In this document: piece after piece, positions 45,262 through 59,940 of the stretch | How the letters are laid out: each line of letters begins with the position of its first letter | Position numbering within the stretch: the first letter of the stretch is position 1 | Origin: the human T2T-CHM13v2.0 reference genome, Homo sapiens | DNA length: 64,000 bases | NCBI RefSeq assembly: GCF_009914755.1 | Contig: NC_060936.1 | Reading direction: 5' to 3' (one strand) | The notes under the pieces: generated by a model | The model's input: only the letters and a program-made list of their open reading frames with translations | What the model was told of the DNA's origin: nothing | Database searches by the model: none | Made by a program: the position numbers and the translations under genes

Positions 45262-45457
45262 CAAAGAAAAAAGAGGAGGCAAGGAGAAAAGAAGAGAGAG
45301 AGAGAAAAAGAAAAAAAGAGAGAGAGAAAGAAGGAAGGAGGAATGAATGAAAGGAAGGAAGGAAAAAGAAGGAAGAAAGGAAGGAAGGAAGGAAGGAAGG
45401 AAAAGGAAGGAAGGAAAAAGAAGGAAGGAAGGGAGGGAGGGAGGGAGGGAGGAAAAG
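45262..45457. repeat. Polypurine GA/GGAA/GGGA simple repeat
   Basis: Direct read; (GGAA)6 at 45379-45402; (GGGA)5 at 45431-45450. Confidence 0.95.
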
Positions 45458-45589
45458 ACCCAGTGATTCTACCACCCAGAGGTAACCTCTATGGATTTTG
45501 GGTACATATCTTTTCAGTGTTTTTCAGTAGATCCATGTAGTATTTTTTCTGAGAGGAATCCTACTCTGAATAGGGTATAAGAATATGAT

Positions 45590-45873
<284 letters not shown>

Positions 45874-46004
45874 AGAGATATAAGTCTAATCACTTAGGTA
45901 ATTTAATTTATCTTATAAGCCTGTATTTACTTGCAGGATAAAAAAGTAATTTAGTTCAGAGTTTCACCACCACCCTTTCCCAAGGCCCCAAAAGGTCACA
46001 TCTT

Positions 46005-46884
46005 TGTAAACCAAAAATAAAATTCTAAGCCCCACCACAACCATCTGAATGGACTTCTTCTTCAGTCAGGGCACTCTTGAAATTTAACCCGAAAGACTGG
46101 TTCCAGCCATGATGGGAAGTCGGGGTCGGACGTGTTTCATTATACCTCTCCAGCATTAACATCAACGCAGACTCTAAGTTGGCTGAGAAACATTGTACAA
46201 CCTATTCTCTCTGAAGCCTACTACCTGAAGGCTTCCTCTGCACATAAGAACTTTTGTCTCCACAATCCTTTATCTTAACCCAGACACTTCCTTTCTATTG
46301 ATCCCAGGTCTTTAGATAAATACAACCAATTGTCAACCAGAAAATTTTTAAATATACCTGTAGCCTGGAAGCCCCACTGCTTCCAGTTGTTGAGCCTTGC
46401 TGAACAGAACCAATGTATTTCTTTTTTTTTTTTTTTTGAGATGGAGTCTCACTCCGTCACCCAGGTGGGAGTGCAGTGGCATAATCTCGGCTCACTGCAA
46501 CCTCCACCTCCTGCGATTCTCATGCCACAGCCTCCTAAGTAGCTGAAATTACAGGTGCCTGCCACCATGCCCAGCTAATTTTTCTGTATTTTTATCAGAG
46601 ATGGGGTTTCACCATGTTGGCCAGGCTGGTTTCGAATTCCAGGCCTCAAGTGATCTGCCCGCCTCAGCCTCCTAAAGTGCTGGGATTACAGGCATGAGCC
46701 ACTGCTCCTGGCCCAATGTATTTCTTAAATGTATTTGATTGAAGTCTCATGTTTCCATAAAATATATAAAACCAAGCTACAGCCTGACCCCCTTGGGCAC
46801 ATGTTCACAGGCCCTGTTCACTCATATTTGGCTCAGAATAGATCTCTTCAGATATTTTACAGAGTTTGACTCTTTTGGTCAACG
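46005..46884 (+). mobile_element. ERV1 MER4-group solo LTR containing an antisense Alu
   Basis: tgtaaaccaaaaataaaattctaagcccc start; exact 4-bp TSD tctt. Confidence 0.9.
46424..46713 (-). mobile_element. Alu within MER4 LTR
   Basis: Exact TSD caatgtatttctt; lacks the 8 nt ggttcaag. Confidence 0.95.
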
Positions 46885-47319
46885 TCTTCATTCCTGGGTC
46901 CAGATGCAATGTCAAGGCATCCAGGACCTGATGCTGGGTCCTCACCTCCCATGTGGTCATCTCCTTGTCTCTCCGATCCTCCACCTGGCTGGTGCTCAGA
47001 ACACACAGCACTGTTGAGACCTGCCTTGTTCTAACTGCTGGTCCCTCCAGGGCCCCCTCTCTTTCAGCTGTGTCTGTATCTCTCTTGAGTCCTCCTCAGC
47101 TGCAAGAAACTCAGTGAGCTTGTCCGAGGCCCTGCTGATTGCATAGCACTCTCAGATACATAGGTCCATCTGCCACAACCAGGCCACACTAGGGCCCAGG
47201 ACATGCTCCCTGATTACTGAAAGCCCTTCCGGCACACAGGCAGCTCATCTCTGGGTCATTTCTTCTTCCCGGTCTTACCAAGAAAATGCAGCCTTCCCTT
47301 CTACAAATGTCCATGTATT

Positions 47320-47746
47320 TGAGAAAAGAAAAACGCTCAGAGCAATTTGAGCTCTGTGAGGTATGCCGGCCTGGATAGACATAAGTATGAGACATCAATC
47401 ATCCTCCCCCGGCGTCCCCCACTTCAATCATCCTCCCCCAGCATCCCCCTTCACTTGGCAGACAATTGTTTAAAATTCATGTTCTTGGAAGTTGTGGCAC
47501 AAAGAACAGCATATCATAAATAACCTAACCAATAGCTATGTTATTTTCATGTAAATTCTTGGTAAACAAATCAGGAACTGCCTCTTCCTTTCCTTTAAAA
47601 ACCCACTTGTAACTGTGGCTATTTATTCAGAGTATTTATTCAGGGCATCTTGAATCTATGCTCCTGGGTTGCAATCCTCAAGCTTGACCTAAATAAACTC
47701 TCTATTTATATTAATTTTGTCTCAGCTTCTTCCTTTTAGGTCAGCA
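47320..47746 (+). mobile_element. Solo LTR (LTR47/MER72-like)
   Basis: TG...CA ends; exact TSD tatt; AATAAA ~47692. Confidence 0.75.
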
Positions 47747-47948
47747 TATTCATAAGCTCTCCAATTATTTTACCCCTCCACCCAGTATCTGAAGGCATGA
47801 GAATCTGCTTGAGCCCGGGAGGCATCTGAAGAACATTTATAAGAATCTTTTCTCTTTCTCATAGGATCTTCCAAATCTATTGTTCATGCTCTGAATTTTT
47901 GTTGTAATTGTTGTTGTTCTTCCCAAGGGCTCAACTTTTAAAAGCCAG

Positions 47949-48122
47949 GGCTTGGCACAGTGGCTCATTCCTGTAATCCCAACACTTTAGGAGGCTGAGG
48001 CTGAGGCTGAGGTGGGAGGATTACTTGAAGTCAGGAGTTTGAGGTTACAGTGAGCTATGATCATGCCGCTGCACTCCAGCCTGGGTGACAGAGTGAGGCC
48101 CTCTCAAAAAACAAAACAAAAA
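47949..48122 (+). mobile_element. Alu monomer (FRAM/FAM-like or left-right recombinant)
   Basis: Left-arm start fused to right-arm end; (gctgag)3. Confidence 0.8.
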
Positions 48123-48155
48123 TGTCTTCTTGCTGTTCAATTTAATTGCTCAGAC

Positions 48156-48867
48156 TGAAACGGTCTTTGCAAAAATTATAACCATGAGAAAAGTATGACA
48201 ATAAAAGGCATCTGATTTAAGCAACCCTTATCTTGCCTTTAGCCTCCCAATTGCCCTTAATCATTCCTGGTCTTGGGCCAAACTAACTTTGAGAGACATT
48301 TAGTTTACAGTGTAAATGATAATAGCCCTTCCCCAGTACTAAACCACCTTTGTAAAGTTAGTGAAAGACCACAAAGTTAGGAGGATGAGAGGAACCTGAA
48401 TTCTGCTAAGGTGTAAATGATTACCAGCCGTTAATTCCAGAGGTCACAAGTTTTGCAACTTCCCCAATTACTCCTGCAGATAACATCACTCTTGTAGAAT
48501 CTAAGTTTGGCCTTTTGAGATGTCTTCTCAGGTTTTTGCATTTCTGATGACTGATGGCTCCACCTGGACCTGCCAACTGCTCCTGTGGCCCCCACCCAGG
48601 GTCCAGACTTAGCACCCACAAGGACCATTCTCCACACCCCTATGATTGCATCCCCAGCCAATCAGCAGCACCCATTCCCTGGCCTGCCAAACTATTCTTG
48701 AAAAACCCTAGCCTCTGAATTTTTGGGGACACTGATTTGAGTAATAAAACTCCAGTCTCCTGTTCAGTTGTCTCTGCATGAATTAAACTCTCTATTGCAA
48801 TTCCCCTGTCTTGATAAATTAGCTCTATTTGGGCAGTGGGTGAAATGAACCTGTTTGGGTGATTGCA
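48156..48867 (+). mobile_element. LTR8-family solo LTR
   Basis: tgaaacggtctttgcaaaaattata...gagtaataaaactccagtctcc...gggtgattgca; TSD agac/aggc. Confidence 0.85.
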
Positions 48868-50109
48868 AGGCAAAAACTCAAAATGGCCTCATTCGAAGAG
48901 TGGAAGGGCCATAGGAGGAAATGAAAAAGCAGGAAAGCAAAAGAACACCAGCTACAATTTTAGAATGGAGTCCCTCGAGTTGTGCTTACAGGACTGTAGC
49001 TCCTGTATTACTCCTAGGGAGTTAACTGGCACCAAGGTGGCAACAGGCACATATCTGGAGGAGGTGAAAAGTAGAATGACATTTGCTCTAATCAAACATA
49101 AAGGAGGAAAGAGCTTTCTAAGAGAGGCTATGGTGTCCCTTAGGTGTTGCTTGTACCTAAGTCCTGCTGTTGAAGCCTTTGCTTATGTAGATGCAAACAC
49201 ACAGGCACTTCCCTGGATCTAGACTTTGCCCTCTAAAGCCCAGAACAAAGGTGTCCATCCATGAAGAACCAAGTTTTCTTATCTCTCACCCTCACTGTGG
49301 GGATGGAGTGGAGGCGAAGGAAAGGGGGGAGAAAAGGAAAGCCCTTGAGCGCAATAATCTAGAGAGAAATGTACTTTCTACCAGCAATGTAAGTATGATT
49401 TATGTGACTCCTCCCAGCTAGGCTCCTTTTATTTCCTCGAGTTGGAAATGCAGACCAGAGGTTTGTACTTATTTTCTGTCCCAGAAGGCAACTGTCTTGG
49501 TAGAGGAAGGTTTGATATTGGTCCAGGATCTGAGGTAGAGATCACAGCCTTGAGACAATGCCAAGGCAGCCAATTAAGAAGGTGTTGACAACACTTTCCA
49601 GGAACAATTTTCTAGATGCTTAACTTTGACCGAAGGTTTAAGCTTCTAATAATCCCCAGGAAACACACATTTTCCAGGGAATAGTGCCTGGACTCTTAAG
49701 AACTTCCAAGAAACTTGGGTTCTCAGAAGACTGCAGCCACCAAGCACACACACCCATTCAAGAGCTTTATGGAAAAAACAAAGGTGATATAAACTAGATT
49801 TCCTCACATGCCCGGGGAGAGTTGGACAAGTAAAGTCACAAAAGAAGTGATTTAGGCCACTACATTGTCCTTGGGAAACTAGAACTTACCCTACCCTCCC
49901 TTCCTTTAACCACTGGCCATAACAAGGCTGGAAAGCCACAGTCTGTCAGCCCAAATTGTTCAGGTTAGTGCTGGTCAGGCCTTGCTTCTTTCATCTGGGA
50001 TTTTTCTCGGCATCCTTGCTCAGCTGAATATCACTCAAAATTATCACATACTGCTACTAAAAGCTGAAGCATATATGCCCATCAACCCAGCGACCTCACT
50101 GGAAGTCCT

Positions 50110-50225
50110 CCAAGGTAGGCATCCATCTCCATCTTACAGATGAGAAAACTAAGACTCAGAGAAACTAAGGGATTTGCCCAAAGTTCAGTGCAAGTACAAA
50201 TTAGAGCCTGGTTGTTCTGATTCAC
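50110..50225 (-). mobile_element. MIR fragment
   Basis: ttacagatgagaaaactaagactcagaga. Confidence 0.7.
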
Positions 50226-51714
50226 ACTTGAGAATTTCCAAGACTAGGTAAGAGCAACAGAAGACCTTGGCCAGGGTGCTGGGGAGGGTCCTGCTGCTCC
50301 CAGCATTAATCCTTCAGTGACTACATCCTGGGGAGGCCTGGAACTGGCTGGAGTGGGAGGAACAGAAAGGAGGCATGTGGAGGTCTTGGGACAGCAGCCT
50401 TTTATCAACTCTCCCAGAAGTGTTTCTGTAATTTTACAATCAGTGCTGCCAACGTGGTGCCCAATGGCTGAATATCAGCCCAGTCATAATTACATTAATC
50501 AAGAAATAGAATAGTGGGATAAAGATGGGAGGAATGAACTCCATTTGGGTGGGAAGTGGAAGCATTAACAACAGGGTCCACCAGACCATCAGAACCACAG
50601 AGGGGAAGGGAAGGGCATTTCAGGGAGAAAGAAGAGCACAAAAAGGCTGGTGGCAATAAATGAAAACAGGGCCTACAACCTGTTTTCTGTGGTCAACTAA
50701 GGAGGTGAAGTTAGGGGTTCAGAGGGTGGGGAGGTCAAACATTTATGACAGATGAGACTGGAGGGACGTAGAGACCTGGTACATGATGTCTTGACTGGGA
50801 ATTCTGATAAAACCATTTTTTGTTTGTCTTAGACATGTAGACATTCTTGGGTTATTTCTTCACTCTAAAGCATAAATTATTGAATCTTTGAATAAAAATT
50901 TTAACCAAGTATTATGTATAATGAACATCTTCATCCCACAGAGACCTCCATTGTGTCCTCAGTGCCTCACATGCCCACTGAGGCACAGGGTCCCACTGGC
51001 CACTTCCTATCGGGCTTGTCTTACAACTGCATTTCACCTCCCAACAATCTTGCTGGAACTGGATTTCTTTGCAAAACACCAGACTGCTTAGATGAGTGCC
51101 TGACTTTTGCCTACATAGTCCCAGGCCTCTTCCCTGGGGCTGGATACTTGCTACTCCCCTTTCTCAACCAGGGGCTGCAGATTTGCTGTGAATGAAAGTA
51201 TCATTCAGAATCACACCATGAATTCCCAACTGCCTTTAACACCACTTTCACCTGGATTCCCACTGGTTCCATTGATCTGCTGATTTGGATTCCCTTATAT
51301 TACCAAGGCCTGCAGGTAGGACACCTGAGGTCAACATGGGTGCTCTAAAATGTGCTTCCTGCTATTCCCCTCAGAGGTCGGGTGCCATAACCACGTGAAT
51401 TTCTTCAACTCTCCGTTCCTGTCTTGCAGAATCCCAAATATCCGAAGTGCCCTGCTCTTTCCTGCTCACCCTTGTTAATGGAGAGCCATCATGCATTGTG
51501 CAAGAGTCCCATGATGTGATAACAACAAAGAAAAGCAACTTAAGTTGTGCTTATCTCTACAAGATGTCCAACTCTCAGTGCAAATATTTAGACAGGTTTG
51601 GTCTTCGTGAATTTGATCGCTCTTGAAAGAGAGGATGTACAACGCTCTAGACAGCCAAATGGAGACACAAGCTCAGTGCAGGCAGGGGTCTGCTGAGGGG
51701 GTCTGTTAAACCCC

Positions 51715-52076
51715 TGTATCATCCGTTCTCACACTGCTATAAAGATATTACCTGAGACCAGGTAATTTATAAACCACAGCGGTTTAATTGACTCATAGTT
51801 CTGCATGGCTGGGGAGGCATCAGGAAACTTGCGATCATGGCAGAAGGAAAAGGAGAAGCAGGTACCTTCTTCATAAGGTGGCAGGAGAGAGACAGAAAGA
51901 GAGAGAGAGAACAAGAAAATGCAACACTTTAAAACCATCAGCTCTTCAGAGAACCCACTCACTATCATGAGGACAGCATCGGGGAAACTGCCCCATGATC
52001 CAACCACCTCCCCTGACACGTGGGGACTACAACTGGATATCAGATTTGGGTGGAGACACAGAACCAAACCACATCA
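51715..52076 (-). mobile_element. MSTA-type MaLR LTR
   Basis: ccgttctcacactgctataaag...gatttgggtggagacacagaaccaaaccacatca. Confidence 0.9.
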
Positions 52077-53589
52077 GTCCCTATCTGTTTTAACAGATTT
52101 TGTTTTTCCTGCTCATTTTAAACCCTGGTGACCTAGGTTTATCAACTCAAGAGTAGAAATAAGGCATAGTAGAAAAAGGTCTTGAGGGTTGTGAGGACTG
52201 AATTCTAGTCTTGACCATATGGACCTTAAGCAAGCTGGGTTACTCAGCCTCAAATACCTTCTCCTTCTATAACTTTAGTTTCCTTAGCCTTAAGAGGGGA
52301 CTGGGGGCTTGACCCCTTACTAAGATGGTGATTCTCATTCTTCTAGTGCTTGCAGCACACTTTCAAATAAAAGAATGTGGATAGCACTATTGAAAACTTT
52401 AAAAGACTGAAAACAATACAAAAATGTCAGCAGTCACTAAGTACAATGCTGACTGTAATACAACAGTGTCTCCCAGTTACCATAAAATTATCCACAGTTA
52501 TGGCTCAATAGCTGACCAGCTTCACTACTTCATGGGTTCTTTGAATGGAATGGTTTACAGCCCTGACCATACTCTCTTATATACCCCAGAGTCAGAGGTT
52601 TCCCACATTCTGGAAGCTCTGCAATCCTTCATTAGCCTTGGCTTGACAACACACCCATATCCCTTAGAGCACATTTGTTCCAAGTCACGCAATCCACACA
52701 TCTCATTGTTGTATCAGACACATGAGCCGAAATATTGAGGACTCAGATGAACCCAGACTGGTTTTATATATTAACAAAAATTGGGCTAAATATTGAAGAT
52801 GACTGCTCCAAGGGCATGCCAGCTAAAAAGTTTTATAGTTCTATGAATTAAAACAATAAAACATTTTGAGAAAAGAAAATCTAGTTGAGGTAGAGTATTT
52901 AATTAAGGCATTGAGTCTATGTCAGTTAAAGAAGGAAATCCTTGTTGATAAGACAGAGAGCTCTGAGGGCTTAAAGGGGCCCCAGTGAACCTACAGAGTT
53001 TGAAGGGCATTGTCAGAAAAATGAATGGAATAAATCACACAGAATATGGGTAGTAATGAGACAGAAGTTCAGCTTCTCTCTGTTTCTAACAGGTATATAT
53101 TTTTTAGAAAGTAGCATTTAAAGTTTTTTTTTTTTGTAGTAGGAAGCAATTATTTTTATGTTCTTAGAGATTATTATTTTGGGGGTACTAAACTATTGGC
53201 TCCATTGTATTCCTATAAATTATTTTTCATTTCCTCTAATGCTCTTTCCAAACATCTGTTAGTTTATTGTTCTGGGCACAGAAAATTATGATCAGTTTAG
53301 TAGTTGCATAATACAGATTCAGATTCGTTTGTCAAGGACTGGAAAAGATCACAGCACTTCAGAGCCAGGCAGCAAATGGATCAAAGGAAATCCTTATTTC
53401 GTATACTACAGGGTGAGATTTATCTTTAAATATCAAAAAATGGACATTTGGAGTTTATATTATTATCATAAAAATACTGTTCTGCTTCTGAGAAAACAAG
53501 CTACCCAGCTAACAACCTGCACTTGTGCCAAGAAATGAGGTGGGTGTGAGTAACGAGGATGGTGATTTTTCTTTTCCTCTCTAGTGAGC

Positions 53590-54145
53590 CTCATTCAATG
53601 GGTCAATGAGTTTACTTTAGTGTCTTCTCTATGCCAGACATGTGCTCGATGCTGGGGACGCAGAGATGAGTGAAAACAGACAAGGTCCCTGCCCGCATCT
53701 AGACCAGCTGGGAAGACAGGCAACTGTGTAAGCAATTGCCTTAAATTGTAGTGAGTGTTACAACCAAGAGCGTAGACACACAGTGGAAGGCCCATAAAGG
53801 GAGATTTAACCTGGCCCAGACATCCAGAACACCTCAGTGAACGAACACCTGGGGGACAAGCAGAAGTTAACGAGTGAAGTCTGGGCCATGGAAGAGTGGG
53901 TCACAAAGAAATGAGATAAGGGAGGGCATGGTTCCCAACAGGAAGTGAGTGGCAGTTCAGTCTGGGTGAAAGACAGAATATAAGATGATATTGTGAAGAT
54001 GCTAGTACTGAGAGGGATGCAGTAGGCAGGTCACACAGGGCCCTGGAAGCCACATTAGTTTATCTAGGAACAATGGGAAATCGTTGGGAAACTTTAGAGA
54101 GGACGCTAGCATGAGTGGATTTGTGTTTTTGAAGAATCCCTGGAG
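53590..54145 (-). mobile_element. L2 fragment
   Basis: ctatgccagacatgtgct...acagacaaggtccctgccc; gcaggtcacacagggcc. Confidence 0.7.
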
Positions 54146-55113
54146 AGGACTGGTAAAAGTGTATGTGTCTGTGTGTGCATAATACACAGACTTTTACCAG
54201 TCCTGTCCGAGATGTACATGCTCACATACACACTAGGCAATCAGAGAATCTATCTACAAAGCCATTTTCCCTTTCCATTATCCATCCACAAACTTGATGG
54301 CTTTCAGTTGAGGAATTGAAATAGGGTTCTCCACTTGAATAAGATGAGTGAGTAGGGGTTCCTTGCCAATAGTAGGGGCTTGATTTCCATTTCACAGATG
54401 TTGAGAGACAGTTGTTTCTTCAGTAGCAGTATATTTTTTACGACACTGTGCCCATGGCAGGTGTTTGGCCAAAACTACCTCCAGTGCACTGCCCGGCATC
54501 TGTCCTCCTCCTGAGAATCCCTCTGGAGGCACCTTGCTCCTTTCTTTCTAATCTTCCTTTTCTTCCTCTCCAGATCTGGAGACTTTCATCAGCCCTAGGC
54601 GAGGGGCAATATGGACAACATTGGTGTTTGGGCTCCAAGCTACTTTTTATGCCCAACTTCTCTTCCTTCTGATTTCTTTCCATTTTATAGCATTCTCATC
54701 TCTCCAGTTACACCAACTGGCCCCACATCTCTAAATATTATCAGAAGTCTTTAAAAAATGACCCAGAGCATTTTTTTCAGCTTCTCCTAGTTGTCTATCT
54801 CCTCTCTTCTTCTGACCCCTGTTAGGGTTGCGTGAAAACTAGCATTACAATATTTCTGTTCCATCTATACCTGATTACCATAAAGTGCAATGACTATGCA
54901 CATCACTGTGTTGGATTAATCTGGGCTAAGTTTTATTGGTCACTATGTCATATTCATGTGGTTACTGATGTAACCTGGCTGTTTTTATACACTGTGATCA
55001 AAATCTAGGGCAGTGATCATAATCAAGGCATAAAGTAGGGACCAGTCTGCCTCGTATCTCAAAAACTGTGCAGTATTAAGATGACTGTTGGGCTTCTATT
55101 AAAGGTAGCTGTT

Positions 55114-55357
55114 GGCCGGGTGTGGTGCCTCATGGCTGTAATCTCAGCACTTTGGGAGGCCAAGGCAGATGGATCACCTGAGGTTGGGAGATTGAGACCA
55201 CCCTGACCAACATGGAAAAACTCTATCTCTACTAAAAATACAAAATTAGCCAGGCATGGTGGCGCATGGCTGTAATCCCAGCTACTCAGGAGGCTGAGGC
55301 AGGAGAATTGCTTGAACCCGGGAGGTGGAGATTGCGGTGAGCCAAGATTGCACTGTT
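55114..55357 (+). mobile_element. AluS (Sp/Sq-like), 3'-truncated
   Basis: Intact 5' end; stops at ttgcactgttg with no tail. Confidence 0.9.
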
Positions 55358-56288
55358 GGTGGCTTCCTGGAAGACATCATGTTGAATGAATGAAGTCATG
55401 AGTAAATAAACGGAATGTGGAGCTGCACTGCCAGAATTAACCCCCTGAACAAAAGTAAAGAGCATCCCAAGTTCAATGAGGAGTACCCTGGGTAAACAAG
55501 GAACTCCTGAGAGATGAAAAAATCCAAGTGCCTGCGCTCTACACTGGGACTTTGGTTAACAGGGCAAGGAAGAGAGCTTTTGGAGATAATACTTGATGAT
55601 GCTATACAGTGTCCCCTTAGTCTCTGAGATTCTTATCCCAAGTAACCCAAAGAAGGGAGATAAAAAGGAAAGAGCAGTCTCCCATTTGGAAGTCAAAAAG
55701 GCATTATAATCTCTTAGGAGTACACCCTCTCCTAAATTCCAGGGCCTTGGCAGGGAAAACACTGATATTCATGGCAGCCAAAGAAAATGACCATATCAAC
55801 TGAACCAAGAGGACACAGCAGCAGCAGAGATCAAGAGGGACAGTGGCAGTTGGACTGTAGCAGTAGTTACAGAGGAAGGGAGTAAGCCACACAAGCAATT
55901 CTGGAATAAAGGGAAATGGCTTGAGGGCCTTGCAATTGCAATGATCTCCTGGGGTTGAAGCTTAAGTTCATTCACATTGTGACTGTCACCAAGGCTTTAG
56001 GTCATTCATTTAGTTTTAGTACCTCATTTACATACCACCTGTGTGTCAGGCACAGTGGCTGTGTTGGCCTAGGCCAGGGGTCAGTGAACCTTTTTTGTAT
56101 AGCTCCAGAGAGTAAATATTTTAAGTTTCATGGGCCATATGGTTCCTATCACAACTACCTAACTTTGCTGTTGTAGTGCAGACACAACCACAGACAATGA
56201 ATAAACAAGAATTTGCTTATTGGATGTGTTCCAATAAAATTTTTCTTATAGAAACAGGTGGTGGGCCACATTTGGCCCATGAGTCTGC

Positions 56289-57272
<984 letters not shown>

Positions 57273-57311
57273 AGGCAAGAGTTTGCCAACCCCTGATTTA
57301 CAGGAACAAAG

Positions 57312-57789
57312 TGTGCTAGTTATTTTGTTGCCTTTCAGATCAAATCCACAGACTCCTTCTACCCTGCCCTTTATTCCAAGAGGCTGCCCTCTGCAGACTA
57401 TGATACCCAGGCTCCTTGCCTTCTGGCTCCTGGTTAGGCTTGGGTAATCAGAAGCATGAGAAATGAATCAGAAGTTGGGAGGAGAGAGGGGTGGAGAAAT
57501 GTTGTCACTCTACACCCTCCCTTCTGGGCTGGGCTGTGGCAGTGGCTGTGCTCGTCTATATCTGGTCACAGCTCTGCCTGGTGGCCCATACCCATGGCTA
57601 CACCTCTCACTCCGTTCCCACAACATCTCCTTCATCATTCACCTTCAGCCCTAGGGGGTTGGAACTAGTGTCCCCCTGTTCCCAGCCCTACATGCTTCTC
57701 TATCCTTTGTCTGTTTCCCTTCGTAAAACTCTCTTCAATTGCTCCTTTGAGTGTGCCATCTATTCCCTGCCGGACAGTGTTTGAATACA
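57312..57789 (+). mobile_element. ERVL LTR33-like
   Basis: tgtgctag...ggctccttgccttctggctcctggttaggcttgg...tttgagtgtgccatctattccctgcc. Confidence 0.65.
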
Positions 57790-57944
57790 CCCTCGTGGTG
57801 GACATTCACTGTTTTTAGATGTAACGGTATTGTTCCAACCTCAGATCCAGGACGGGATATGTAATCTAGACATGGCCAATTAGGGCACTGAATCACTCAA
57901 GCCACAGTAGTTGGTTCTGGAATGTTCACATGAACCAAGTTGTT

Positions 57945-58110
57945 TCTTTTTCTTTTCTTTGTCTTGCTCTGTCACCCAGGCTGGAGGGCAGTGGCATCAT
58001 CTCAGCTCACTGCTGCAACCTATGCTTCATGGGCTCAAGCGATTCTTGTGCCCGCCTCAGAGTAGCTGGGATTACAGGTGTGCACTACCATGCCTGGCTA
58101 ATTTCTGTAT
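57945..58110 (-). mobile_element. Alu right-arm fragment inside an old MLT1 (57830-58400)
   Basis: gtcttgctctgtcacccaggctggag...ctggctaatt. Confidence 0.8.
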
Positions 58111-59940
58111 TCAGGTTTTTCAGTTGGAGGAAATACTAATACTTACATAGAAGCCACCAAGAAGTGCCATCTATTCCACTGAATTTGAACCTAGAAGAGT
58201 AAATTTGAAGCTTCCAGAAGCTACTATGTGAAGCCTGAGGACAAGGCCCAACATGAAAGAAGGCAAAGTCCAGAGGTGGCCTTGTATGAGTCCTTGGAAC
58301 TGGCTGAAGCTAGCTCTGCTCATCAATGATTTGTCAATGAGACAGTAAAATTCCTTATTTTTTTCCTCAAGAAATTCTGTCACTTGTATTCAAAAGCAAA
58401 ACTTATTTCTTAAAAAAACAAAACCCTTAACTACTTTATACCAATGTATTACATTCTCTGGATTATCTAAGCAAGGGGCCAGTCCGATGTCATCTTTGGA
58501 TTAGATACACACTAAGGCAGTGTAGTTAAACCCCACTGAATTTCAGCAGGGATAGAAGCCAGAGTTGGTTTGCCATCAACCCACTTCCAAAAGGAAATGG
58601 CAGGAGTCCAGCAGCATCATGTAGTTACAATCTCCCATGCCAGGAAGAAACATCTCCCAAGCTCAAATTCTACCCACTTTGACACTTGAAAAGTAAAACA
58701 TCTTCATACGAATGAATGGGGAGATGGGTGTGATTGCTGGCAGTGCAACAATGAGTTGAAGCTTGATTGTTTATTAACTGTTGTAAACAAATTATGAATT
58801 TGTGCCAGTAGCCAAAATAGAGACAACTGGGCATAATAAATATTAATTCTCAAGGAGATCATCTAACAAACTACCTAAAAGATCCTTTGTGGACTCCAAG
58901 GGTGTTAATTATATGAGACTTTATTCTCTATTCATTAATTCATTCAAGATTTTGTTGAGTGAATGTCAGCCTGCTACAGTACAGGGCTGGCAAATTGTTT
59001 CCATCTCTAGTGCTAATTGTGGTTATAGCTGCTCAGTGGGCTGTATTGAAAAAGACTGAGTCCAAATCTGGGCTTCATGAGAAAGAGTATCATGAAGATA
59101 CTCTTCATGATACTCTACATTAGAGGTGTCTTCTGTGAAAGTGGAACAAAGGAGTGTCTGAGGTATTTGTCATTCCTGCAAGTTGGAAAAGGCCTTATCT
59201 GGCATGAGAAGGAGTAGATTTGGGGTAAATCGTTTCCATCTTATGTGTCTTTATTTCCTTAAATTGGTAAATCGAGGAAGTTCATCTAATAATTTTTAAG
59301 GTTCTTCCTTCCTACTCTTATTTATTTATCCATTATTTTATCTGTCCTTGCATTTGAGGTGATTTCTCACCTTGTGAATGCATTCCTCCCTAGCATAAAA
59401 ACCAAAATCTCATTTTCCTAGCCTCCTATGTAGTAAGAATACAGCAATGGGATCTAGGTCCATCAGTCAGATACATCTGTCCTACATTTGTTTAGAATAT
59501 TATGTAGGAGATGAGACTATTTCACCCCAAAATATGGCTGTAGGTGGCCAGAATGTGTACCCCAAATATGCCTCTTTAAAATAAGGATCACTTTGAGCTG
59601 ATTATTTGGGGAGACAGTAGACACAGGAGAAGCTCTGAAAACAGAGTAGAAGTTAAGCTTTTGTAAGAGAAATTTGCATCTATAAAGGAAATCTCCATCG
59701 TAAGGGTGTCTCATCTCTGTAGAAGAAAAAGAATGAGTCTAAGTTACTAAAAACTCTTATCAATAGAGAAGGCAACTTAAACACAAGTAAGGTTTTTTTT
59801 TTGTATAGTTACCCTTGTTTAAGGTGCTTTTCCTCCCTCTAACTGGGTAGGAACTTTCTTTGTTTCAGAGAATAGTATTTAAGCTTGAAGTCAAAGCTAT
59901 GATACTTCTGAGATTTATTCAAAAGCTTTGAGATATTTCC

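Noticed and set aside
45188-45540. F/S/L-rich and E/G/R/K-rich ORFs
   Set aside because: Translations of the purine simple repeat
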